DNA of 64,000 nucleotides from an uncultured Cytophagales bacterium (lineage in GTDB: Bacteria > Bacteroidota > Bacteroidia > Cytophagales > JAAEPT01). Below, one piece after another: positions 19,324 through 27,391 of the stretch. Below the pieces are notes generated by a model that was not told where the DNA came from, searched no databases, and was given only the letters and a program-made list of their open reading frames with translations. Position 1 is the stretch's first letter. Each line of letters starts with the position of its first letter. The stretch spans positions 65,873-129,872 of the forward strand of contig CAWFGW010000001.1 of NCBI GenBank assembly GCA_963815495.1, given 5' to 3'. A program made the translations under genes and the position numbers.

Positions 19324-21063
19324 TTAAACCTCCCGTTCTTTAAACAAATTCGTCTGTGCAGCGTGTTTAAACTTTACTCTATGCGATTTGGTTTCTGGAT
19401 GATCGTAGTAATCAATGGCGGATTGCACATCGAGAAAGAATTTATGTTCCCCAAACTCTTGCACAAAGTTGGTGCGGTGAAGGTAGTCGCGGACTGGACC
19501 AATAACTCCTGAAAAACTAACTTCAATCTTTTGCTTCTGTAATTCTATAATCTCATCTTTTAAGGACTGTAACGCAGTATTATCAATATGAGAAATACTT
19601 CCACAATGCAATACAATTAGACGTAGGTTATTCCCTTTTTTACTTATTTCTTTTTTTAACACCTCGAGGAAATTGTTAATGTTTGCAAAAAAAAGTTGTC
19701 CATCTTGGCGAATCACTAAGACATCTTTTCGCACCTCTATTTCTTTAAAACGTGTAACATTTCTGTAATCCTTAGTTTTAGGAAGACGACCTAAAATGGC
19801 GATGTGGGGTAATGAAGTTCGATAAATTAACAGAATCAATGACATCAAAATCCCTGCTCCGATACCTTCTTTGATACCCAAAAATAATGTAACAAGGAAA
19901 GCTGCTGCCAGCATATAAAAATCTTGTTTATTCGTGTTCCAAAGTTGTTGTGGGTATTTGAAATCAAGCAAACCATAAACTGCCACTAGGATGATTGAGG
20001 CTAACATGGTTTTTGGCAAATCGTGAAATAGAGGGGTTAGGAATAACAGCACTAACCCCACTAAAATGGCACTAAAAACAGCTGCTAAATTAGTACGTGC
20101 TCCTGATTGGTCATTTACTGCAGAGCGAGAAAAACCGCCAGTAGTAGAGTAACAACCAAAGAAAGCACCTACAACATTTCCCATTCCAAGGCCGATTAGC
20201 TCTTGATTGTTTTCGATTTCGTATTCACCTTTGTGTTTTTCTTGGATGGCTTTTGCTACAGAAATCGCTTCCATAAAGGCAATTAGTGCTAATGTAAAGG
20301 CAATAGGAATTAATTCTGTAAGGTTGGAATTTGTGAGGTCTGGGATACTAAAAACTGGAAACCCAGACGAAACTTCTCCAACTACGTTAAATTTTATTGG
20401 TGTGAATTTCACGAATAGTATTCCCACGATAACGGCTAGCAATGCTCCAGGTATCTTTGGATGGATTTTTTTGACATATTTCACAATAAATATTCCTATG
20501 ATACCCAAGCTTATTGACCACCAGTTGTAATTTTTTATCTGTTGGGCAGCATCCCATAAAATTTCAAATGGAAAATTACTCTTAGTAAGCTGTATGTCAA
20601 GTAGGTATTTCAACTGATCAATACCGATGATGAAAGCTGCGGCAGAAGTAAATCCGCTAATGACTGGTTTTGAAAGAAAATTGACCAAAAATCCTAGGCG
20701 AAAAATACCAAAAGACAACTGGATAATTCCCATCAGGAATGCCAGTAAAATAGCTAAGGAGATGTAGTTTTCTGTGCCAACAACGGCAAAAGTTGAAATA
20801 CCAGCGGCTACTAATAAAGAATCCATGGCGACTGGTCCTACTGCCAATTGACGAGAAGTACCAAAAAAAGCATAAACTACTTGAGGAACCATTGCAGCAT
20901 ATAAGCCATAAACGGGAGGTAATCCCGCAATCATAGCATAAGCCATACCTTGTGGAATTAGCATAACACCGACCGTAAGTCCTGCAGCTAAATCACCACT
21001 GAGGTCTTCTTTTTTATAGTTTGGAAGCCATTCGAGGATGGGTAAGTATTTTTTCAAATTCAT
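19324..21063 (-). CDS. SulP-family inorganic anion transporter with a C-terminal STAS domain
   Basis: ORF 19324..21072 opens with GTG. The ATG at 21063 (MNLKKYLPILEWLP...) is favoured by the promoter geometry. The N-terminus and STAS tail are SulP-typical. Confidence 0.88.
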   Translation of the reverse strand: MNLKKYLPILEWLPNYKKEDLSGDLAAGLTVGVMLIPQGMAYAMIAGLPPVYGLYAAMVPQVVYAFFGTSRQLAVGPVAMDSLLVAAGISTFAVVGTENYISLAILLAFLMGIIQLSFGIFRLGFLVNFLSKPVISGFTSAAAFIIGIDQLKYLLDIQLTKSNFPFEILWDAAQQIKNYNWWSISLGIIGIFIVKYVKKIHPKIPGALLAVIVGILFVKFTPIKFNVVGEVSSGFPVFSIPDLTNSNLTELIPIAFTLALIAFMEAISVAKAIQEKHKGEYEIENNQELIGLGMGNVVGAFFGCYSTTGGFSRSAVNDQSGARTNLAAVFSAILVGLVLLFLTPLFHDLPKTMLASIILVAVYGLLDFKYPQQLWNTNKQDFYMLAAAFLVTLFLGIKEGIGAGILMSLILLIYRTSLPHIAILGRLPKTKDYRNVTRFKEIEVRKDVLVIRQDGQLFFANINNFLEVLKKEISKKGNNLRLIVLHCGSISHIDNTALQSLKDEIIELQKQKIEVSFSGVIGPVRDYLHRTNFVQEFGEHKFFLDVQSAIDYYDHPETKSHRVKFKHAAQTNLFKEREV

Positions 21064-21071
21064 AGTCACCA

Positions 21072-21115
21072 CAAAGTTTATAATTATAGAATATTTAATT
21101 GGTGATTCGAATCAC
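21072..21115 (-). promoter_or_regulatory. Crp-type box GTGATTCGAATCAC (21102-21115) + 22 nt + -7-like AAACTTTG (ends 21072)
   Basis: Read directly. Faces the SulP gene. Confidence 0.55.
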
Positions 21116-21265
21116 ATAAAAAAATAATCCCTGAATGAATTAAATGCATTCAGAGAAAGCTATTGGTATCAGTTTTTCATTTCTTACAAAACTTACTTTT
21201 TAACTTATTGTTATCTTTTGGTTTACGCCTGTACTTTTACTGTTTTTGTTATCATAATATTGTGT

Positions 21266-21309
21266 GTGACTTTTATCACTGAAGAAAGTCCACGGATTCT
21301 TTAAGTTTG
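21266..21309 (+). promoter_or_regulatory. Crp-type box GTGACTTTTATCAC (21266-21279) + 22 nt + -7 box TAAGTTTG (21302-21309)
   Basis: Read directly. Faces the rhodanese/DUF2892/hydroxylase operon. Confidence 0.6.
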
Positions 21310-21327
21310 AATGAAAAAAATTGGCAC

Positions 21328-21708
21328 ATGAAAAATTATTTGTATTTCTTCCCACTTTTGATGGTTTTAGTTTCGGCTTGTTCCCAAAAACAACCTTTAG
21401 CAAAAGACCTTTCGGCAAAGGAGTTTAAGTCATTGTTGGAAAAAAAGCAAGGAGTAGTACTCGATGTGCGAACACCTGAAGAAGTAGTGTCTGGTAAAAT
21501 AAGTCAATCGATCAATTTAAATTACTTCGGTGACTTTAAAGCACAAGCATTGAAATTGGATAAAACAAAACCAATCTATGTGTATTGCGCCTCTGGTGGA
21601 AGAAGTACTAAAGCAATGCAAGACCTTAATAGAATGGGGTTTATCGAGGTTTACAATTTGTTAGGAGGTTTTGGGGCTTGGCGTGCAGCGAAATTTCCTG
21701 AAGAATAA
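21328..21708 (+). CDS. rhodanese-domain lipoprotein
   Basis: The in-frame ATG at 21328 gives MKNYLYFFPLLMVLVSACSQ (lipobox). Active-site loop CASGGRS. Confidence 0.8.
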   Translation: MKNYLYFFPLLMVLVSACSQKQPLAKDLSAKEFKSLLEKKQGVVLDVRTPEEVVSGKISQSINLNYFGDFKAQALKLDKTKPIYVYCASGGRSTKAMQDLNRMGFIEVYNLLGGFGAWRAAKFPEE

Positions 21709-21719
21709 AGAATAATAGT

Positions 21720-21911
21720 ATGAAAAATTGGTCTTTTATACGTGTGCTTAGATTAGTGATGGCTGGGGTGATTACCTTTCAAGCGGTTGAGTCAAAAACA
21801 TGGTGGATGTTTGCCATTGCAGGTTTATTATTGTATCAAGTAATCACTAATTCTTCGTGTGGTGCATGTGCTACTGGAAGTTGTGAAATACCAGAAAAAA
21901 CGGAGAAATGA
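21720..21911 (+). CDS. small two-TM protein, DUF2892/YgaP-membrane-domain-like, with a Cys-rich tail
   Basis: 63 aa with two hydrophobic helices and the tail SSCGACATGSCE. Family assignment is from memory. Confidence 0.45.
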   Translation: MKNWSFIRVLRLVMAGVITFQAVESKTWWMFAIAGLLLYQVITNSSCGACATGSCEIPEKTEK

Positions 21912-22804
21912 AATATATAGAAATAGCTATCGGGTCGTTTATAGGCTATGCTTCATACCTGTGGAGTTCCATTGTAAGTCCCGGTTGGGATAACTATTTC
22001 TATTATTTAATTACCTTATCCTTACTTGTTTGGGTAGTAGAAATTATTGTTCCTTGGCGTAAAAAACAACCGATGTTTCGTAAAGATTTTTGGTTAGATG
22101 CCTTTTACATGTTTTTTAATTTCTTTCTTTTTAGTCTAGTTGCTTACAATGCGCTTTCTAATGTTGGCGTAGAGTTGTTCAATGATTTATTAAGACTAGT
22201 TGGAATTGAAAACGTGGTGGCAATCAATGTTGAATCATTGCCAGTTTGGGGTCAGTTTTTACTCTTATTTTTATTAGCTGATTTGATTCAATGGGCAGTT
22301 CATGTGATGCTTCACCGTGTTGATTGGATGTGGAAATTTCATAAAGTGCATCACTCGGTTACAGAAATGGGGTTTGCAGCGCACTTGCGTTTTCATTGGA
22401 TGGAAACGATATTCTATAAAACTGCTTTATATTTACCGCTGACAATGATAGGATTCGGTATTAAAGACCTGTTTTTACTTCACGCGTTTACCATTTTGAT
22501 TGGACATATTAACCATTCAAATATTAAAATCAGTTATGGGCCTCTGAAGTATGTGTTGAATAATCCTGTAATGCATATTTGGCACCATGCAAAAGACTTA
22601 CCCAAGGATATTAAATATGGAATGAATTATGGAATTTCCTTGAGCATTTGGGACCACATGTTCGGTACGGCTCATATTCCATATGATGGGCGTGATATCG
22701 AATTAGGCTTTGATGAGGTAGAAGAATATCCAGAAGGTTTTTTGGAGCAGATGAAGGTGCCTTTTTTGAAAAAGAGTCAAGTGTCAAGACACAAGAACCA
22801 ATAA
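21908..22804 (+). CDS. sterol desaturase / fatty-acid hydroxylase family membrane di-iron enzyme
   Basis: 298 aa with His boxes HRVDWMWKFHKVHHS and HIWHH. The start overlaps the upstream stop (ATGA). Confidence 0.8.
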   Translation: MKYIEIAIGSFIGYASYLWSSIVSPGWDNYFYYLITLSLLVWVVEIIVPWRKKQPMFRKDFWLDAFYMFFNFFLFSLVAYNALSNVGVELFNDLLRLVGIENVVAINVESLPVWGQFLLLFLLADLIQWAVHVMLHRVDWMWKFHKVHHSVTEMGFAAHLRFHWMETIFYKTALYLPLTMIGFGIKDLFLLHAFTILIGHINHSNIKISYGPLKYVLNNPVMHIWHHAKDLPKDIKYGMNYGISLSIWDHMFGTAHIPYDGRDIELGFDEVEEYPEGFLEQMKVPFLKKSQVSRHKNQ

Positions 22805-22840
22805 AAATTGAAATTCAGCTTCTTGCCATCATTTGTTATA

Positions 22841-22858
22841 CCCCCCCCCTTTTTTTTT
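22841..22858. repeat. C9T9 homopolymer pair
   Basis: ccccccccc ttttttttt read directly. Flanked by the direct repeats ttgccatSatttgt. Confidence 0.9.
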
Positions 22859-22912
22859 AACCTTTGCCATGATTTGTGAAGACACAAACCATCATCTAGT
22901 TTAAAAAAACTT

Positions 22913-22956
22913 ATGATTTTAATCATAACCAATAGGTTCTAAGTTTTGTAATTTTG
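22913..22956 (+). promoter_or_regulatory. Crp-type box ATGATTTTAATCAT (22913-22926) + 22 nt + -7 box TAATTTTG (22949-22956)
   Basis: Read directly. The truncated-hemoglobin ATG follows 5 nt after the -7 box. Confidence 0.6.
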
Positions 22957-22961
22957 AGTCA

Positions 22962-23333
22962 ATGAAAAAGCAAATTCAATCCCCAAAAGAAATACAACTG
23001 ATGGTTAATGCCTTTTACGCAAACGTGCGTAAAGATGAACTACTAGGACCTATTTTTGAAAAACACATAGAAGACCGCTGGCCAGCGCACTTGGAGAAAA
23101 TGTATACTTTTTGGGGCAGTATTTTATTGGGGGAGAATTCGTATTCAGGTCATCCCTTTGCCCCACATGTGAAGTTGCCGATTCAAAAAGAACACTTTCA
23201 ACATTGGTTGGAAATTTTCAATACTACTCTTGACGAATTATTTGAAGGCGAAGTAGCTGCTGAAGCAAAAAACAGGGCTAAGATAATGGCGACTTTGTTT
23301 GAGAGTAAAAAGGCGTATTTGGATAAAATGTAA
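22962..23333 (+). CDS. group III truncated hemoglobin-like protein
   Basis: 123 aa. FYANVRKDELLGPIF...W..HL.KMYTFWGSILLGENSYSGHPF..H pattern, from memory of trHb III. Confidence 0.65.
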   Translation: MKKQIQSPKEIQLMVNAFYANVRKDELLGPIFEKHIEDRWPAHLEKMYTFWGSILLGENSYSGHPFAPHVKLPIQKEHFQHWLEIFNTTLDELFEGEVAAEAKNRAKIMATLFESKKAYLDKM

Positions 23334-23412
23334 AAGGAAGAAAATAGAAAGAAGAAGGACCTTAAGAAACATGAACACCATCCTAATAGTCTAATCTCTC
23401 ATATCTAACATC

Positions 23413-24051
23413 TCAATACTTGCTACTCAACAAAGTAATCTGATTCCTACCCAACTTCACCATTCCCATATTTTCTAATTTTTTTAACAAACGGGAAACG
23501 GCTTCACGGGAAGAGTTTAAGGATAAAGCAATTTCTTGATGCGTAATGCAAAATTCCTCTTTTTTCAATACTCGCGCTCGGTCTTTTAGATATTTAATCA
23601 ACCGTTTGTCCATGCTATCAAAAGCAATGGAGTCCAAGGTTTCGAATAATTCATCCATTCGTTTTGAAAAAGTTAACAAAACGAAATCACGCCAGTCTTT
23701 GTATTTACCCATCCATAAATCCATGTACTGTACAGGGATCATCAGTAGGGTAGTATTCTCTTCTGCAACTGCCCTAATGCTGCTTTTTTCTTGGTGCATA
23801 CAACATGTAAAAGATACTGCACAGGTATTGCCGCCTTCAAGGTAGTAAAGCAGGATTTCATTACCCTCCTCATCTTCCCGCATAATTTTGACTGAACCAT
23901 TCACTACGAGAGGCATATATTTAATGTATTGTCCAATATCCATCAGCTGAGTACCCGCTTCTACTGTTTTTTGTGAACCCACTTTTTCGATTTCTTCCAA
24001 CAGGTTTTTGTCGTTCAGTAAAGGAAAATGTTCTTTGATGAATGTTGACAT
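23413..24051 (-). CDS. Crp/Fnr-family transcriptional regulator (Cys-rich effector domain)
   Basis: 212 aa. cNMP-binding-like beta-roll plus a C-terminal HTH THQEIALSLNSSREAVSRLLKKLE. Cys77, Cys83 and Cys84 cluster. Confidence 0.85.
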   Translation of the reverse strand: MSTFIKEHFPLLNDKNLLEEIEKVGSQKTVEAGTQLMDIGQYIKYMPLVVNGSVKIMREDEEGNEILLYYLEGGNTCAVSFTCCMHQEKSSIRAVAEENTTLLMIPVQYMDLWMGKYKDWRDFVLLTFSKRMDELFETLDSIAFDSMDKRLIKYLKDRARVLKKEEFCITHQEIALSLNSSREAVSRLLKKLENMGMVKLGRNQITLLSSKY

Positions 24052-24151
24052 AGATAGGACAATTTAAAAGAAGAGTCTAAAACGCCATACTACGCGAAGA
24101 GAAGATGGCGGTTCTACTAATTTTTTATTCACTTTTAATAATTAATTAAAA

Positions 24152-25756
24152 TCACATGTCTTTAAAGAAATCATTTCCCTTGTCATCACAGATGATGAAT
24201 GCGGGGAAGTTGACTACTTCAATTTTTCGAACCGCTTCCATTCCTAATTCAGGGAAATCAACCACTTCAACCGATTTAATATTTTCTTTGGCTAAAATAG
24301 CTGCGGGTCCTCCAATAGATCCCAAATAGAAACCTCCATACTGTTCACATGCTTCACGCACTTGTGGCGATCGATTTCCTTTTGCTAACATCACCATTGA
24401 CCCACCATGTCCTTGGAACAAACCAACATAGGAATCCATGCGCCCAGCTGTCGTAGGACCAAAACTACCAGAAGGCATTCCCTCGGGAGTTTTTGCTGGT
24501 CCCGCGTAATAAATAGGGTGGTTTTTAAAGTACTCAGGCATTGGTTTGCCTGCATCCAATAGCTCTTTAATTTTTGCATGAGCGATATCTCTGGCTACAA
24601 TCAAAGTACCGTTTAATATCAATCGAGTTTTTATAGTGTGTTGAGAAAGCAGCTTAAGAATATCTTCCATCGGTTGGTTCAAGTCAACTACGACAGGTTT
24701 TTCTAAGTGTGGAGCCGTTTCAGGTAATAATCGGCCTGGGTTTTCTTCTAACTGTTCAATGAAAATACCTTCTTTAGTAATTTTACCTTTGATATTTCTA
24801 TCTGCTGAACAACTTACACCAATTCCCACAGGGCAAGAGGCCGCATGGCGAGGGAGACGAATGACTTTTACATCATGTGTAAAGTATTTACCGCCAAACT
24901 GAGCTCCGATTTGACTTTCCTGACAGATTAACTGTACTTTTTCTTCCCATTCCGAATCACGGAAAGCTTGTCCGCCCAAGTTACCTTCCGTTGGTAATTC
25001 ATCATAATAGCCCGCAGAAGCCATTTTGACCGCTTTTAAATTCGCCTCAGCCGAAGTACCCCCAATCACTAATGCTAAGTGATAAGGAGGGCAAGCTGCC
25101 GTACCTATTTCTTTTAATTTTTGCTGAACAAACTTCTTTAAACTCTCCTCATTCAACAACGCTTTTGTCTGTTGATATAAGTAGGTTTTATTTGCTGATC
25201 CGCCTCCCTTTGCTAAAAACAGGAATTTATATTCATCGCCTTTTTCAGCATATAAGTCTATTTGAGCAGGGAGGTTAGAGCCTGAATTTTTTTCATCAAA
25301 CATGCTGATAGGTACCACCTGAGAGTAACGTAGATTCCTGTTTTGGTAGGTGTTATAGATTCCTTTCGATAACCATTCAGCATCATCAACACCTGTCCAT
25401 ACATTTTCACCTTTTTTTCCCATAACAATTGCTGTTCCTGTATCTTGACAAGAAGGTAGTTGTCCTTCTGCTGCAACTTGTGCATTTTGGAGCAAGGTAT
25501 AAGCGACAAATCGATCATTGTCCGTAGCCTCTGGGTCTTCCAATATTTTAGCTACTTTTTCAAGGTGAGCCGTACGAAGGAAAAAAGATACATCAGCTAA
25601 AGCCCTTTCTGCCAATAGTTCCAACGCTTTTGGGTCAACCTTTAAGATGGTTCTGCCATCCACTTCTATAGTAGAAATGTAGTCGGTAGAAATTAATTTA
25701 TAGGTGGTTGGATCTTTTTTTAAAGGAAACGGTTTTTGATAGATGAATTCTGACAT
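24152..25756 (-). CDS. class I (Fe-S) fumarate hydratase
   Basis: 534 aa with fused alpha/beta Fe-S hydro-lyase domains ([27 protein letters not shown]). Confidence 0.88.
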   Translation of the reverse strand: MSEFIYQKPFPLKKDPTTYKLISTDYISTIEVDGRTILKVDPKALELLAERALADVSFFLRTAHLEKVAKILEDPEATDNDRFVAYTLLQNAQVAAEGQLPSCQDTGTAIVMGKKGENVWTGVDDAEWLSKGIYNTYQNRNLRYSQVVPISMFDEKNSGSNLPAQIDLYAEKGDEYKFLFLAKGGGSANKTYLYQQTKALLNEESLKKFVQQKLKEIGTAACPPYHLALVIGGTSAEANLKAVKMASAGYYDELPTEGNLGGQAFRDSEWEEKVQLICQESQIGAQFGGKYFTHDVKVIRLPRHAASCPVGIGVSCSADRNIKGKITKEGIFIEQLEENPGRLLPETAPHLEKPVVVDLNQPMEDILKLLSQHTIKTRLILNGTLIVARDIAHAKIKELLDAGKPMPEYFKNHPIYYAGPAKTPEGMPSGSFGPTTAGRMDSYVGLFQGHGGSMVMLAKGNRSPQVREACEQYGGFYLGSIGGPAAILAKENIKSVEVVDFPELGMEAVRKIEVVNFPAFIICDDKGNDFFKDM

Positions 25757-25894
25757 ACGTGCTATTTATGTTTTAGGAAGTCGTGAAAATAGTCACCTTT
25801 CAGCACAATTTGAAATTATTTTTTTAAGTCCCCCACGGTTTTGGTTTTTGCATTAATATTGAAGCTTATGGACAAAATAAATTATTTATCTTCT

Positions 25895-25938
25895 GTGATT
25901 TTAATCACTGATAAGCAGGTTGTGATGAACTACTTTTG
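25895..25938 (+). promoter_or_regulatory. Crp-type box GTGATTTTAATCAC (25895-25908) + 22 nt + -7 box TACTTTTG (25931-25938)
   Basis: Read directly. Faces the 99-aa rhodanese gene. Confidence 0.6.
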
Positions 25939-25980
25939 AATTATAAAAATGTAAATATTCAATAACTAAATATAACAACA

Positions 25981-26280
25981 ATGGGCTTATTCAATATGAT
26001 TTTCGGAGGAACAGATACTGCAAAAGTACAGGACTTACTCGCTCAAGGAGCAAAAATTGTAGATGTTCGAACAACAAGTGAATTTAAGTCGGGACATAAT
26101 GAGGGAGCTATAAATATTCCGTTAGACACGCTTCAATCCAACATTAGTAAGATAAAAGGATATGGTAAACCAATCGTATTAGTATGTCTTTCTGGAGGAA
26201 GAGCTGGTTCAGCAAAAAATATATTAGCTAGTGCAGGGATCGAATGTGTGAATGCTGGTGGATGGACTAATTTAAGATAA
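25981..26280 (+). CDS. single-domain rhodanese
   Basis: 99 aa with the active-site loop CLSGGRA. Confidence 0.8.
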   Translation: MGLFNMIFGGTDTAKVQDLLAQGAKIVDVRTTSEFKSGHNEGAINIPLDTLQSNISKIKGYGKPIVLVCLSGGRAGSAKNILASAGIECVNAGGWTNLR

Positions 26281-26291
26281 GATTTACTAAG

Positions 26292-27131
26292 TTATTTGGC
26301 TGTATAAACTTTCCCTTCTTCTAATTCTAGTGGTTGTCCATCAACCAAAAACTTGACAGGAATACTGGTAACTTCATTGATGCCACTATAAGAAAATACC
26401 TCAAAGTGTAGGTGTGGTCCTGATGACCAACCCGTATTACCACTTTGCCCAATAAGTTCGCCCGCCTCAACTTTATCTCCGTGCTTTACTTTTACTCCAC
26501 CTTTTTTAAGGTGAAAGTAGTTAGCAAAGGTGCCATCTTCATGATAAATGGTAATGTAATTCCCGGAGTTTTGAAAAGAAGGGTGTGATCCACCTTTTGA
26601 ATCAGATGATCGCGTTTCAACGACAATCCCCGAACGGGCAGCATACACATCCGTGCCGTTTTCCATGCTGAAATCAAGAGCATATTTTCTACCTTTCATG
26701 TGATGAGAAAATTTGCCTCCATAACCTTGATCTACTGAATGAGCAGTCCCTGATTTGTAAGGAAGCTGATAAATTACTTCATCATTGTGTTTAGCGTTAA
26801 AATCACCTTTGGAATAACCCATGGAGATAGAATAACTCGTAGCCGAATTAGGTTTGGGCGTTAGTTCAAATAATTTGAATTTTTCTGATTGTGCAGGTAC
26901 AACAGTTCTGAAAGGCAAATTAACCGAAGCCTTTAAATTTTGAAGTTTTGGGAAGTCAATGTTTAAGGTATAGGGACAATAGTTGGTGTTACTTGCGTAG
27001 TAAACGATTTTACCATCTACTTTTTCACTGGTTAATTGAATGGAATCATCGGTTGGTTGTTGGTGGGTGAAACTGAAAAAAAGCAGTCCTAAAAAAAGGA
27101 CAATGAATAACTTGAGTTTGGGTGAGTTCAT
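26292..27131 (-). CDS. M23-family metallopeptidase (secreted)
   Basis: 279 aa. Signal peptide, HxxxD-like region and C-terminal GNTGWSSGPHLHFEV. Confidence 0.85.
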   Translation of the reverse strand: MNSPKLKLFIVLFLGLLFFSFTHQQPTDDSIQLTSEKVDGKIVYYASNTNYCPYTLNIDFPKLQNLKASVNLPFRTVVPAQSEKFKLFELTPKPNSATSYSISMGYSKGDFNAKHNDEVIYQLPYKSGTAHSVDQGYGGKFSHHMKGRKYALDFSMENGTDVYAARSGIVVETRSSDSKGGSHPSFQNSGNYITIYHEDGTFANYFHLKKGGVKVKHGDKVEAGELIGQSGNTGWSSGPHLHFEVFSYSGINEVTSIPVKFLVDGQPLELEEGKVYTAK

Positions 27132-27169
27132 TTTTTGAGTTTCTAGTTATGAGTAATAAGTTTTAAGTT
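27132..27169 (-). repeat. 38-nt pre-start element (copy 1), abutting the M23 peptidase ATG
   Basis: Minus-strand aacttaaaacttattactcataactagaaactcaaaaa-ATG. Near-identical to 35158-35197 before the trpF start. Confidence 0.8.
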
Positions 27170-27265
27170 TTTCACTTAAAGAATACCAAGGTTTGAGACG
27201 TTCAATCGTAAGATTTGAGCCCTTACAAACAATAAATTAGTAAGTGCTTAACAGTTATAAAAACA

Positions 27266-27298
27266 AAAAGTTCGCCAGTAAATTGCTGACGAACTTTT
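27266..27298. terminator. orphan terminator-like hairpin in the M23 upstream region
   Basis: aaaaagttcg / cgaactttt stem with T-rich runs following on both strands. No ORF ends next to it. Confidence 0.4.
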
Positions 27299-27391
27299 AT
27301 TTATTTTATAGTTTGTGAGTATTAGAGTTATGTAAATTACGTTATTAATTACTTTTCAGTATGTTTGTTTAATACAATAGCCCTTTATAAT

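Noticed and set aside
25783-25796. A sixth GTGA-N6-TCAC match (GTGAAAATAGTCAC), 27-40 nt upstream of the fumarase ATG
   Set aside because: The inner bases differ from the other five boxes. No TAnnTTTG-like 8-mer lies 30 nt away on either side. There is not enough room before the ATG for the shared geometry. It is kept only as a possible repressor-type or chance site.
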